Source: Alloascoidea hylecoeti (lineage: Eukaryota). From it: a stretch of DNA of 64,000 nt. Location: NCBI GenBank assembly GCA_001600815.1, contig BCKZ01000001.1:2132662-2196661 (forward strand), in the 5' to 3' direction. Positions 9,600-21,342 of this stretch are shown here, in pieces. The notes beneath the pieces are model-generated. The model did not search any database. It saw nothing but the letters and a program-made list of their open reading frames with translations, and was not told the DNA's origin. Every line of letters begins with the position of its first letter. Within the stretch, counting starts at the first letter, position 1. The translations under genes and the position numbers were made by a program.

Positions 9600-11536
9600 T
9601 TACAAAAAGACTTCAGCATTTATTTCAACGCTACTTGCAGCATAAGGAATCTCAAATTTATTTAAAACATCAGGATGTAGAACACCAATTTGTCCAATAA
9701 CTTTGAAACCAGAAGTTTTACTTGATCTGAAATAAATATCTGCACCTCTTCCAGGGAAAAAAGTAGGTGAATTATTTTCTTTAATATAATAAGCCTTTTC
9801 AGCATTTTTGTAAGTTTCTGGTTGAGATTTGATTACGAATGATACTCTCATCATTTTCATGACATGATCCAATAAACCCTGAACAGTTTCAAAACCAGAT
9901 TGCTTACCTGCATAAACGGCAACCCAATTTCTTTGATTGTAAGCTCTTACTTCTAAAGCATCGTCCTTAAAGCAAACATCAGATGATTCAAAGACCTTAA
10001 TTGGCAAACTGTGCCTTCGGTTTTCTCTGATGGTTTTCAAAAGACCAGGAACTAAACTTGTCCGAACAACTTGATATTCAACAGTTTTGGGATTAGCTAA
10101 TTTGACCGCAGTCTTTCCATCATCGACTCTATTTAAGAAGGCAAAATTTTCATCATGAGAACATAAGATAAGAGGCATAACTTCAAGCCAACCTGCCTGT
10201 GCAGTTTCTCTTCGTAAAATGTCAGATATTTTATTAATTGGTAATGGTTCAGCGATGGTTGAAGATGATTTTGCAATTGTCTTCTTTAAGTTGTTAAATC
10301 CATAACCAACGGCAACATCCTCCATAATATCGCATTGATGTAAAATGTCTGATCTTGTTGCTGGGATTTCAATGTCTAAAATGTCGTCATTTGTTTTCGA
10401 TGGTTTTGCAATGAGTGACATTTTGCTTAATAAATCACTAATTTCTTGGGGAGTAAGCTTGAGACCCAAACACGAGTTGATATAACTAACATTAGCCACA
10501 GTTTTTCTAGGAGCTAGACTAGGTGTTATTCTTGATTCTCCATTGTGTTCAGAAATGACTTTAATTGCCTCAACAGTAAATGGTTCTTTGGTGTATTCAC
10601 AGAACATAGCACACACCTGATTAAGGACAATTTCTAGCTTTGTCCTGTCTGTAGCTGTACATTCAATTAATACATTCTTACTATCCAAGGTGATCTTTGA
10701 GTGGTTACTGTTGATTATAGGAGGAAGAGAACAGACGGTATCATTTGAATCGGCAATTATGGGATAAACAGGCGAATCACTAATAATAGATAAGAACTTT
10801 CCTAGATTTTTATCCTTTTCATAAAATGGAACCAATTCGGTACCATTAATTCTTTTGGATTGATTTAAAGGAACAAAATTGATGTCTTTTTGTAATGGTG
10901 CCTTATAAACAAATGGACCTTTAATCGTATCCAAATCATGAGTACCAATAGCCACCAAAGTTCTATTTCTACACAAATTGGAATGTAATTTGTCCTGTAA
11001 AGATATAAAAGACTCGTACTTTCTTTGGTCAAAAGTGACACCTCTTAGAATTGCAGCAGCAGCATAAGGACGAATTTGAGCGGTTTCCTTTTCAATGGTA
11101 AGTGTGTATTTTGGTTCAGCGACTTTATATACCGGAGGTTTTGACCTTCCAAGGAAAATGTTTAAAGCCTGAGCAATTCCTTCAAAACAAAGCATATCAT
11201 ATCTGTTTGCAGGAATTTCAATTTTCAATTGAGGACGTTCTCCTAGTTTAAGAGCTTCTTCAGTGTTCTAAAGAAATATCAATGTTAGTTTGAATATAAC
11301 ATTGCTCTCGATATATATAACATACATCTTCATCTAATTCAATTCCAAACTCAAAGCACAATTCATCAAATTCTTCAGTTGTGTAGGTATGTCTTTAAAA
11401 ATTTGAGGTTAGAAATTGTTTTGATAAGGCCGGATCAAGATTCCGGGCCGGACAATAGCAGTCGCACGGACCACAGCAATAGTACTCACCCTAACGACTT
11501 GTAAAGATCTTCTTTATCGACAGCAATAGTGGGCAT
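9600..11536 (-). CDS. FRS1: Cytoplasmic phenylalanyl-tRNA synthetase beta subunit, 3 exons (11536-11490, 11392-11326, 11267-9600)
   Basis: MPTIAVDK...[20 protein letters not shown]...[16 protein letters not shown]. Introns GTGAGT..AAG and GTATGT..TAG restore one frame. Confidence 0.95.
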
Positions 11537-11765
11537 ATTTAGAGAATTGGAGTTTGGGATCAGCGAATAATATTCCACAATGAAAAGAAAGATGAGTCCT
11601 AAGTGACTCTTTTTGCAGTGCTGGTATATACGCTTGTGATTTGAATTGGAGAGTAGAAATAGGCACACCTGTGCAGTTAGTGCTTACGTGGATCCAAAGT
11701 AATAAAAGGAGAATACAAAGGAAAACAAAGATATATCCATATTAGTTTCTTGATCTAATTGAAAA

Positions 11766-12504
11766 ATGTCTTCAAGACCACAGACCCGTTCTTATGACAT
11801 GATAATGAAACTCCTTCTAGTGGGAGATTCTGGTATGTACTTTTTTAATTCCTCCAGATTGTAGACCCAAAGCTGATCTGGTGATCAAGGTCCAGAAAGT
11901 TACAATTAACCCTTAGATATCCATTCAATTCGGAATATTAACAAGAACGTTACTTTGATTAGGTGTTGGGAAGTCATGTCTTCTTCTCCGTTTTATAGAG
12001 GATAAATTTAATCCTAGTTTTATCACCACAATCGGTATTGATTTCAAAATCAGGAATATCGAAGTCAACGGCAAAAGAGTAAAATTACAAGTTTGGGATA
12101 CGGCAGGTCAAGAAAGATTTAGAACCATTACCACAGCTTACTATAGAGGTGCTATGGGAATTATATTAGTTTACGATGTTACCGACGAAAGAACATTTGA
12201 GAATATAAGGACTTGGTTTACTACTGTTAAACAACATGCTAATGATGATGCTCAATTAATGCTGGTTGGCAACAAATGTGATGATGAGGAATCAAGAACC
12301 GTGTCTTATGATCAAGGCCGTGAACTTGCTAATGAACTGGGCATACCTTTTATTGAGGCGAGTGCTAAAACAAATATTAATGTGGACTCTATTTTCTTTG
12401 AACTTGCAAAAACAATTCAAGAAAATGTTCAAGCGGAAGAAAAACCTGATGAAAGCACACTAAATGTTAATAAACCTTCCGGTGTCACCTCTTCGTGTTG
12501 TTAA
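11766..12504 (+). CDS. SEC4: Rab GTPase Sec4, 2 exons (11766-11832, 11963-12504)
   Basis: [45 protein letters not shown] and C-terminal CC; intron GTATGT..TAG. Confidence 0.92.
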
Positions 12505-12932
12505 GTGACCTACAGTGCGGTTGTAAGTAATGAAAGAATATGTCCGCCATTGTTGGGAAAGGTACGATCTATTGTTTTGCTAGTTTGGTTAGATTGGGTA
12601 TAGATTTATATGTACGAATCGGTTTTGTTTAATATGATTACTTCTTTAAATGTGTTATATTATGCTTCCACATATGTGTCGTCGATTATTTAAATGCCGA
12701 TCTGAGACCTTTTAATTGAAATATCAAAAATCCAGCTCTTACTTTTGATTGACTTTTTAGCAGCGATTAACTATCAATAAATGTACATGTTATAAGTATA
12801 TTTTACCCAATGGCCGTATGTATCGGTTAAAAGTTAATTTATATTAATGAGAATTCGAAGTCGTTTTTTTCGGACACCTCTACATCACTTGCACTTGTAT
12901 TTGTACCCTTTTTCTACCTACCAATTGCAATC

Positions 12933-13594
12933 ATGAGTTCATTGTTCAGTAGAAAGTTGGATTTGACATATGTCATCTTCTTGTATGCATTATTTTAATT
13001 TGTCTGGTATGTCAAATAATAGCTAATACTAATCATAATGATTTCATAGCTGTATGCATATTCCAATCACCATATTGATAGATTCAGCTCTCGTTATACC
13101 TCCAGAAAATAGATTTTCGCTTCAGAAGACAATTCTTGACTTTCATATTCAGCAAAATAATGATGTATTGCTAATCAATCCTCCCTCATGGTTGGTGCTG
13201 TTTGGTTGGATTGAAATGGTATTTCAACTTCCTACTTTCTTCATTGGTGTTTACAAGTTGATTAATAGTGAGTATTTGGTTATAATCTTCAGCATGTCAT
13301 CACCCTTTTAAGTTAATTATAAAACTAAGATTATTTTTTTAATATTCAGATAATGCAACAGTATATCCTCTAATTTTGGCATATGGAGTGAATGCTACAA
13401 TTACAACGCTTGGATGCATCGCACAGATTTATTCATTTGAGAGCACCGTTTTAACAGATGCCGAGAAAATGAATCTTATTCTCGTTTACTGTTCTACACT
13501 TTTCCCTGCTGTGATGATTGTTGACATGACTTCTAGAATTAGTGGGATAATAAGCAAGCATCAAAGAGCGGATAGTACGAAAAAGGTTAAATAA
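12933..13594 (+). CDS. EMA19: EXPERA/TMEM97-family ER membrane protein (Ema19-like), 3 exons (12933-12982, 13050-13267, 13350-13594)
   Basis: HIPITILIDS, NPPSW, EMVFQLP, YGVNATITTLGC; four hydrophobic segments; C-terminal KKVK ER-retrieval motif; splicing gives 170 aa. Confidence 0.75.
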
Positions 13595-13752
13595 ACTAAC
13601 TGCTACGTATAGTAAATATAATAGTAAGAAGCCTTTTTTGTTTCATTCGAGCTCTGTAACACCCACACATCAAAGCAGAAGAGCATTTTATTGTAGATAT
13701 TCTTCTGCCAGATCTCATATAACAGCAATTGAGGCCTGACAAATCGAGGATA

Positions 13753-16700
13753 ATGGACTCCAATCCGGCTGCGAGGTCCGTTGAAAGTGACTCGGACCCT
13801 AGACAGGCAGTGCCATCCAACCGATCAAATAACCGCTTTGTTGGGGCTAGGGACAACTTCCACACCAGAAAGGGCAGCAGCCTCAAATATGAACAGGTTC
13901 TACCTGACCAAACTGCTCTAGAGACTATAAACCAGGAGAATGATATTGGTTCATCTCAATTTTCTGAATTGAACCGTTCTCGAATTTCTTCCAACACACA
14001 AGATTTATCCCAAGAAATGAATATGAATGATGAGTCTAAGAGTGAAGCATCAAGTTCAGATGAAAGTAGTCAGGAATCCATCCAACGCGCAGAAGATACA
14101 TTGAACGTGGTTTTGGAACTAGATTTAAACTGTGTCGTTAAATACATTAGTAAATCTTGGGAAAAAGTAGCTGGTACAAGCATTAGGAAAATTTTAAAGA
14201 AACCAATATCTCAAGTAGTTTTAGGAACAGAAGAGGATAAAAATGTTTTCAAGCGTGCAACACAGATAATGTTACAAGATGATACAAGTTATACAGTTCG
14301 CTTTTTAGTTCATACTGGTGATATTGTAGAAAATAAAAATATCCTCGAATCTGGAGAAAATGGTGATATCGATGACGATGACAATAACAACGTACAATCT
14401 TCAGATTCAGACGAGATATATCAATCTGCTTCCAGACCACAAAACTCATCTACCGAAAAAACTGTTCACTTGGATATCTCAAATTTGTCTGTGCCTGCGT
14501 TTCCCTCAGAAGTCAGTGATAAAACTTCTGTCAACGATTCAAGTTCTGACCTATCTAATAATGGCGAGTATCAAGAAATGGAAGGACAGGGTATACTAAT
14601 TCATGATTGGAAAACTGGTGAAATAACTCATTCTATGTGGATATTAAAACCTTTTATACCGTTGAAACCATTGCAGGTCGAGTTGCCTAAAGTATTAGCA
14701 CATATTCTTGGATCAGGAACTGATATGTTTGCAAGTTATTTGACTAGTTTGTCTAAGGAAGGAGTCACTTCAATTGATGATATTCCACTTCCTCCACTAG
14801 TACTATGCAGGATATGTGAGCAGCAAGTAAGAATATGGTGGTTAGAAAAGCACTCTGAGCTTTGCCTGATTGAACACCAAGCAGAAAGTAATGTATCGGA
14901 GGCCCACGATGCTTTAAAGGACCATAGAGAAATAATCTATCAATTCATTGAAACTTATGAACTTCAAGAATCATATTTCACTTCTAGATCAAGGAGATCT
15001 TCGGAAGATGATTCTAACACTGAATCTCCATCTGAGCCTGATCCAAATACACCCGAGAGACCGCATTATAATGGCCTACCACTTCCACCAGTTATTCCTA
15101 TGTCATATGCCCCTCCATCCCCTCGACATGTTCCAGCTACTGCTTTACGTTCTCATAAATCATCTCCTGTATACGGACTTGGTAGAAATCCTCTGAAATT
15201 ACTTTATAGACTTATAGAGTTATGTGATATTGCACTAGATATTCATCCAGCCGAGATTAGAGTCTATCCTACTGAGATGGTTGAAATTCGAGCGCATTCC
15301 CCCAAATCGGAAATGTCTATAAGAAAGGTGAAACTATGGGAGGCGCCCACAGATGAAAATCTAGCGATGAAAATGATTTGTGAAGACACTGAAAGACTAG
15401 CTAAATGTAAAGCAGAATCTGTAGTGCGGTTGGGCAGTGCAATCACTTATTCTGAGAAAATAAGAAGAGAAACTGATGCACTTGTTATGGAAAAGGTTAA
15501 CGAAACTGTAGAAAAATTAAGAAAACAAAAGGAAGCTATTATAGAGGAAGAACTACCCGCTGTTGAAAGCGAAAGTAATTATGAAAATGATAATAATAAA
15601 AAAACTATAGGGAAACAACCAAGTGTTCATTCACCTATCTCAAAAACACCAGATATTGCACTTGAAATCACTAAGCCAGATACCACTAATACTGTTGATA
15701 CGAAACTATTTAACGATTCCTATCTAGCAGATGAAACGCTTCCAATAACCTCATCTTACTCATCAACAGTATCACATATCCAAGCTCCTGCTCCAATTCA
15801 TATTCCATCCCGTGGTAAACGACTTACAAGTTACACATCTTCAAGCCCTGCAACTGGAAATTCTACAGTAGGATCAGCTAGATCTGAAACACCAAAATCA
15901 GCGACATCGGAATCAAGTACAGCTTCATTTAGAGGGCGTAGAGGAGCAGATGAAAGTAGACGCCCGCTCTCAAACTATGGGCTTAATTCTAACGAATTGG
16001 AGATCGTCAGCAATCATAACTCTAGGTCAAGAAGTACTCATAAACGCTCAACTTATGGTTCACCAATTCGACATTTATCTCCAGGCCCAAACCAAATAAC
16101 ACCTACAACAAATGGTAACTTCCCAACTCCAACTATGTATAGTATGCCTAATCCACATTCACCAATGTCTAGTATCCATAGAAGTCATAAATTACAATCT
16201 ATTAACTCCGATAATAGTTCTAATACTCCGGCAGCCTCGCCTTTATTTTTGGCTTTAGGTGGAGAGAACTTTCCGGACATTGATCATCGCAGAAAATCGT
16301 CAAACAATTCTGATGGTCATGCAAGCATAGGATCAAAACCGCCACTGTCTCCATTATTAATGAGTAGTATCCCACCCCAGAAAGCCACTACGCCTAGTAT
16401 AAGAGATTATCAAATTGTCAATTCAATTAGCAAAGGGGCTTTTGGGAGTGTTTATCTTGCTAAAAGAAAGTTAACTGCCGAGTATTTTGCGATTAAAGTT
16501 TTAAAGAAGGCTGATATGATCGCAAAAAATCAAGTAACTAATGTGAAGGCAGAAAGAGCCATTATGATGGCACAATCTGATAGCCCATATGTTGCAAAGC
16601 TTTATTATACCTTCCAGAGCAAAGATTATTTATTTCTAGTTATGGAATATCTAAATGGAGGTGATTTTGCTTCACTATTAAAGACATTTGGTACTATTCC

Positions 16701-19188
16701 CGATGAAAAATGTGCTCGACAATACATTGCAGAGATAGTAGTCGCAATTAATGACTTACATCAGAGGGGCATAGTTCATAGAGATTTGAAGCCAGATAAC
16801 TTTTTAATTGATCATAATGGTCACTTAAAGCTTACTGATTTTGGTTTATCAAGAATGGGTTTGGTTAAAAGACAGGCAAGAGCAAGAAAAAATATAGCTG
16901 CAGGGAATCCACCTGAAGGTGCTCCTAGGGGAGGGCTAGAACCAGCCCAAGCAGCACTAGAATCTTTTATGGGTTCAGTTAACCCATCAAGTGCAAATCA
17001 AATATCACATCAACGAACTGCAAGCTCAATAACACCATTTTCCCTTTCTCCGATATCAGGATTGCAAAAATCAGTTTTTATGGGTCAGGAGTTATCAACT
17101 GAGTCCAGCAGATCAAGTTCTGGTACACATTTAATTCATAAAGGGATAAGAACAGATTCTATTAACAGCGATTCTTATCAGGGAACAATTGGTAGTATAT
17201 CCACTACTGCATCGACTTCTATACATAAATCAACTTCACAAAATTCAATGTCTACTACAGTTACTGATGATGAAAGTATGATACAAAGCCCTAATATTTT
17301 ACCGACTGATCCTTCTACATTGTCTGTTGCTTCTACAGCATCCCTTATATCTAATTTACAGCATCATGTTAGTGAATCATTAGCAAGCGTTGGGACGCAT
17401 CGTTCAATGGTTTTATTTGACCCCAAGAATAGTACAGCTGGAAGAAAGTTTGTTGGAACTCCAGATTATCTTGCTCCAGAAACAATACAGGGCATCGGTC
17501 AAGATGAATCGAGTGACTGGTGGTCTTTGGGATGTATTCTATTTGAGTTCATGTTTGGATTTCCTCCTTTCCATGCCTCAACGCCAGATGAAGTTTTCTC
17601 GAACATTTTAACGTGTGATATTCAATGGTTGGATATGACAGAGGAAGAAGAGATAGGTGTTTGTTCTCCCGAAGCGAAAGATTTAATTATAAAATTGTTA
17701 AACCCCGATCCAGAAAATCGTTTAGGTTCGAATGGAGCAGATGAAATCAAGAGTCATGCATTTTTTGAGGGAGTTGACTGGGAAAACTTGTTTGAAGGTG
17801 AGGTTATGTTTGTTCCTAATGCTACTGACCCTGAATCAACTGATTACTTTGATGCTAGAGGCGCAGACCTAAGTGACTTCCCATTGGAAATGGATAACAT
17901 GGACCAAGAAGTGACACAGGGTGAAGAATCGGGTATCTTACGATATAAACAATCTGGTGATAGTTTAACGTTGATGTCTCCAGGAGGTTCTGAATCTCCA
18001 GGTGATTCTAAAAGTAAATTATTGCCATTGCATATACCTCCTCATATTCGAGAAAGAAGATTAAGCATGAAATCTGATACTTCACATGGTAGTGATCAGT
18101 TTGGGTCGTTTCAATTTCGAAATTTGTCTGCCCTTGAAAAGGCAAATAAGGATATTATCAATAGACTTAAAACGGAACATCTCGAATATAAGCAGTCAAT
18201 ATCAGGTTCTTCCTCTGAAGCTGGGAGTTCGTCGCTGCCTGGAACGCCCATTGGGCATCCTCGTCGTCAAAGAAGGATGTCTTCAAACTACAGAAGATCA
18301 AAATCACCTTCAGCCAATAATGCTCTCAGACAGTATTCACCCACAAGAGCAAAAACAAGACGTAGTAAAGAATCACTGTCACCTTTGCTTGTCTCAAATA
18401 CTGGGGATGTGGCTTATTCTGGTGACGAGAATCTATTATCGGGGTCTTCCGGTCGATCTAGTCCTATTTCCGGACCCAGCTTGCAATCAAATCAACCATC
18501 ATTATTGCAAGTCAGTATAGGCAGCTCTAACAAATCACAAAAACAACCCGGAAGTCGAACTAATCGTCACCAAAGTTCGGCTTCTACATCAGCAACGCCA
18601 TCTAAAAGTAAAAATAACAGGATTGGAAATTTAGCCCTAGAAAACCGAAGATCAGTTGTGGGCAATATATTTTCTAAGAATTCAGAATTGGATATCTCAC
18701 CTTATAGTTCAGATGCTGATCATGAAGATAAATCATCTACTACACAGCGGGTACGTAAAAGGAGACAGAGTCTACGAGTCGGGTCGGGAGATACACCTGG
18801 GTATCATCCTCTGGAAATTCTGGTAGGTGATTCAAACCCTCTATGGAGATATTCTCTTTTACGAATGCTTGAAAAATTAGGGTGTGTTGTCGTTCCCGCG
18901 AGCGAAGGAGATGAAGTAATTAGAAAAGCTACTGGAGGAATCAAATTTAGCATTATATTCACAGAATTAAAGTATCCCAAACTAAATGGGGAAGATTTAG
19001 CTAAATTGATCCGTCAAACAAATAATCCAAATTCTGAGACACCGATTATTGCCGTCACCGCATTTGCAAAAGAAGCAATTGCTAGTAATGCGTTTGATGG
19101 AGTTATTGAAAAGCCTTTCACATTAGAGATATTACAGAACATATTAGAAAAGAAATGTTCATGGAAAGTGCCAACAAATGTAGAGTAA
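13753..19188 (+). CDS. RIM15: Greatwall-family kinase Rim15
   Basis: N-terminal PAS-like region, CRICE..H..C zinc finger, kinase domain split by a long insert (HRDLKPDN, DFGLS...FVGTPDYLAPE) and C-terminal receiver-like domain. First ATG at 13753. Confidence 0.93.
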   Translation: MDSNPAARSVESDSDPRQAVPSNRSNNRFVGARDNFHTRKGSSLKYEQVLPDQTALETINQENDIGSSQFSELNRSRISSNTQDLSQEMNMNDESKSEASSSDESSQESIQRAEDTLNVVLELDLNCVVKYISKSWEKVAGTSIRKILKKPISQVVLGTEEDKNVFKRATQIMLQDDTSYTVRFLVHTGDIVENKNILESGENGDIDDDDNNNVQSSDSDEIYQSASRPQNSSTEKTVHLDISNLSVPAFPSEVSDKTSVNDSSSDLSNNGEYQEMEGQGILIHDWKTGEITHSMWILKPFIPLKPLQVELPKVLAHILGSGTDMFASYLTSLSKEGVTSIDDIPLPPLVLCRICEQQVRIWWLEKHSELCLIEHQAESNVSEAHDALKDHREIIYQFIETYELQESYFTSRSRRSSEDDSNTESPSEPDPNTPERPHYNGLPLPPVIPMSYAPPSPRHVPATALRSHKSSPVYGLGRNPLKLLYRLIELCDIALDIHPAEIRVYPTEMVEIRAHSPKSEMSIRKVKLWEAPTDENLAMKMICEDTERLAKCKAESVVRLGSAITYSEKIRRETDALVMEKVNETVEKLRKQKEAIIEEELPAVESESNYENDNNKKTIGKQPSVHSPISKTPDIALEITKPDTTNTVDTKLFNDSYLADETLPITSSYSSTVSHIQAPAPIHIPSRGKRLTSYTSSSPATGNSTVGSARSETPKSATSESSTASFRGRRGADESRRPLSNYGLNSNELEIVSNHNSRSRSTHKRSTYGSPIRHLSPGPNQITPTTNGNFPTPTMYSMPNPHSPMSSIHRSHKLQSINSDNSSNTPAASPLFLALGGENFPDIDHRRKSSNNSDGHASIGSKPPLSPLLMSSIPPQKATTPSIRDYQIVNSISKGAFGSVYLAKRKLTAEYFAIKVLKKADMIAKNQVTNVKAERAIMMAQSDSPYVAKLYYTFQSKDYLFLVMEYLNGGDFASLLKTFGTIPDEKCARQYIAEIVVAINDLHQRGIVHRDLKPDNFLIDHNGHLKLTDFGLSRMGLVKRQARARKNIAAGNPPEGAPRGGLEPAQAALESFMGSVNPSSANQISHQRTASSITPFSLSPISGLQKSVFMGQELSTESSRSSSGTHLIHKGIRTDSINSDSYQGTIGSISTTASTSIHKSTSQNSMSTTVTDDESMIQSPNILPTDPSTLSVASTASLISNLQHHVSESLASVGTHRSMVLFDPKNSTAGRKFVGTPDYLAPETIQGIGQDESSDWWSLGCILFEFMFGFPPFHASTPDEVFSNILTCDIQWLDMTEEEEIGVCSPEAKDLIIKLLNPDPENRLGSNGADEIKSHAFFEGVDWENLFEGEVMFVPNATDPESTDYFDARGADLSDFPLEMDNMDQEVTQGEESGILRYKQSGDSLTLMSPGGSESPGDSKSKLLPLHIPPHIRERRLSMKSDTSHGSDQFGSFQFRNLSALEKANKDIINRLKTEHLEYKQSISGSSSEAGSSSLPGTPIGHPRRQRRMSSNYRRSKSPSANNALRQYSPTRAKTRRSKESLSPLLVSNTGDVAYSGDENLLSGSSGRSSPISGPSLQSNQPSLLQVSIGSSNKSQKQPGSRTNRHQSSASTSATPSKSKNNRIGNLALENRRSVVGNIFSKNSELDISPYSSDADHEDKSSTTQRVRKRRQSLRVGSGDTPGYHPLEILVGDSNPLWRYSLLRMLEKLGCVVVPASEGDEVIRKATGGIKFSIIFTELKYPKLNGEDLAKLIRQTNNPNSETPIIAVTAFAKEAIASNAFDGVIEKPFTLEILQNILEKKCSWKVPTNVE

Positions 19189-19347
19189 GATATAACAAAA
19201 ATAAGTAGTATATATGAATTATGATTGATTTCTTAAGAAAATGAGTACATGCTAACATTGCTGTGTATAAGTTATAGAAATAAGCTAATTGAGGTATATT
19301 GTCCATTATAATACAAAAGTGGACATTTTATGTTATGATTATATGAT

Positions 19348-20120
19348 TTAAATTTTTCTACTCCTAAGACCTTTTTCTTGAGTTGCGGCTGTGGGGCTAA
19401 CAGGTTTCATATTACTTTTAGCCCAACTTTCTTCATACCTTTTGATGTCTTCCTCTCTTCTTTTTTTGGCAACTTCTGCTCTAAATTTATTGGGCTTAAG
19501 AACGCCATTATTAAATACGATTCCAGTAACAATTAAACCCAAAACACCCACTGTAAACATTCCCCATCTTACTAATTCACTACCTTCTCTATATTCTTCA
19601 AAATCCTCCCATGGCGAGTTTTCTAATAGTTGTATAGGGGATGTTGACGATAGGAATTTATTCTATTGATTTAATTTAAAGTGTTAGTAAATGTGTATAA
19701 CATTATAAATAATTCAAACTTACATTTGACAATGACAATTTTAATTGTAAATCATAGGAACCAGTTAAACCAGAAATAACTATATCTTGTTTAAATCCAA
19801 AAGTTNTACCAGGTTTTATAGTAAATGGACCAACTTGTATCTCTTTCGACTACATTATAATATAGTTAATACTACATTTAAAATTTTAAAAGAAAACAAA
19901 AAGAATAACATACTTCTTCAATAATAACATCGTCATGTTTTAAGGCCCAAGTAAGTCCAACAATTGTTATTTCATTTTCATCATCATTATTTACAACGCC
20001 AAGATCAACAGGAGTTCTTTCAGAACTTGTTATTTGACTATGATGATATGCAGACATTTCATAAATATTAGCAATTACGAATTGTAAAAAGAAGAGTAAT
20101 GTAATTATGTTTTTGAACAT
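19348..20120 (-). CDS. IRC22: Irc22/TRAP-alpha-like type I membrane protein, 3 exons (20120-19914, 19849-19724, 19662-19348), 215 aa
   Basis: Splicing joins two track ORFs through a 126-nt exon. Signal peptide, NNDDENEITIVG...GPFTIKPG...F.Q pattern recalled from Irc22, one TM segment, YEESW tail. Confidence 0.65.
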
Positions 20121-20370
20121 TTTTTATAATCTAATTAATAACTTCAAGTCGCGGTGATGAAATAAATAGATCCGTGAAGATAGTTGAATATTTATAAGGG
20201 GATGAACAAAGTGATCGAAATGTACGGATTATGTCACTTCCGTGGATCCGGATCCGGATCCGACGAATTTACTGAAAGCTCGGATATTTATAATTAGGGC
20301 ACAACGTTAACAAATATATTAATAATGCTAAATTTAAATAATTTGAATTTGATCATGAATTATTTTAGAC

Positions 20371-20697
20371 CTAATCTACTTTTTTCAAGAAATCAGTAGC
20401 GGCATCCTTAGCAGCATTCTTAAGAAGTTTTTGCATGATAATTGGAATCACATAAGTCTTAACAATAAATACAGTACCAATAATTGAAGCCAATACAGCA
20501 ACGACAATTCCACCAATTTGAACACGATTTACACCTTTTACTATGTCTTGAAGATCATCAGCAATTTCACCAGTGTTATCTTTGATAGCGTCATAGGCTA
20601 CTGAGTCATCACTTCCAGAATCTGATGTTTCGGCAATTGATTGTGTTATGAAGAGGACTAATAGAGTGAGTATAACACCCATGTCTGTTTGAACCAT
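20371..20697 (-). CDS. Small hypothetical single-pass membrane protein (108 aa)
   Basis: Signal-peptide-like N-terminus, acidic segment, TM (IGGIVVAVLASIIGTVFIV), basic tail; TATA-like element just upstream. Confidence 0.6.
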   Translation of the reverse strand: MVQTDMGVILTLLVLFITQSIAETSDSGSDDSVAYDAIKDNTGEIADDLQDIVKGVNRVQIGGIVVAVLASIIGTVFIVKTYVIPIIMQKLLKNAAKDAATDFLKKVD

Positions 20698-21342
20698 ATT
20701 GTTAGTGCTAATACTTGGAGAGTGAAGGAAATTGGAATTAGCTATAGAAAAATAGGAGATTCAAGCTGTTTTTATATGGAAAGACATCTCTTTGTTCTTA
20801 TAATTGGCTGAGCATTTTATTTAATTCAGTCAATTTAACGGTCCTGTCCTCTGATTCGATGGAAATGATCGAATTGAGAGGCTGTCCTGTGGAGATACCG
20901 TACTGAATACTTAGATAATGGTCCAATATAAGTACTAACATTGGACTACATTTACAATACCACTCCGTGATCCATAATTTTACCATCTATTGTAAATTGT
21001 GCTTTTTATCAGCTATGTCAACTATCTCCTTAGAATCAATTGCATACTCCATTTACAAATCAACCTTCGAAACTTATCGATATCTCTATTATGGTTATTA
21101 CTAATTACTATACCTGTCAGGGTCGCAATAACGTTCATATAAAGTTAAATCCTGTAATTTATCGAAAACCAGTGGATTGGATGATTATGAATGATACGAG
21201 CAGGTAAAACCAACTTTAGATAACAGTTGATCAACTACCCTCTGGTCTCCATTGGACAATGGACATTGGACATACAATGCATAACGAAAGAAAATCATAT
21301 AGTAAATACCGGTATAATGTCTAATATTGGCTGATTATAACA

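Noticed and set aside
13729..13752. TTG start for RIM15, and similar TTG/GTG starts in the track
   Set aside because: Artefact of prokaryote-style ORF calling; ATG starts or upstream exons explain these genes.
18800..19188. Rim15 receiver domain with Glu instead of the phospho-Asp
   Set aside because: Known property of the Rim15 family.
3895..19806. Isolated N bases at 3895, 5092, 6202 and 19806
   Set aside because: Assembly ambiguities, perhaps heterozygous sites; frames are not disrupted.
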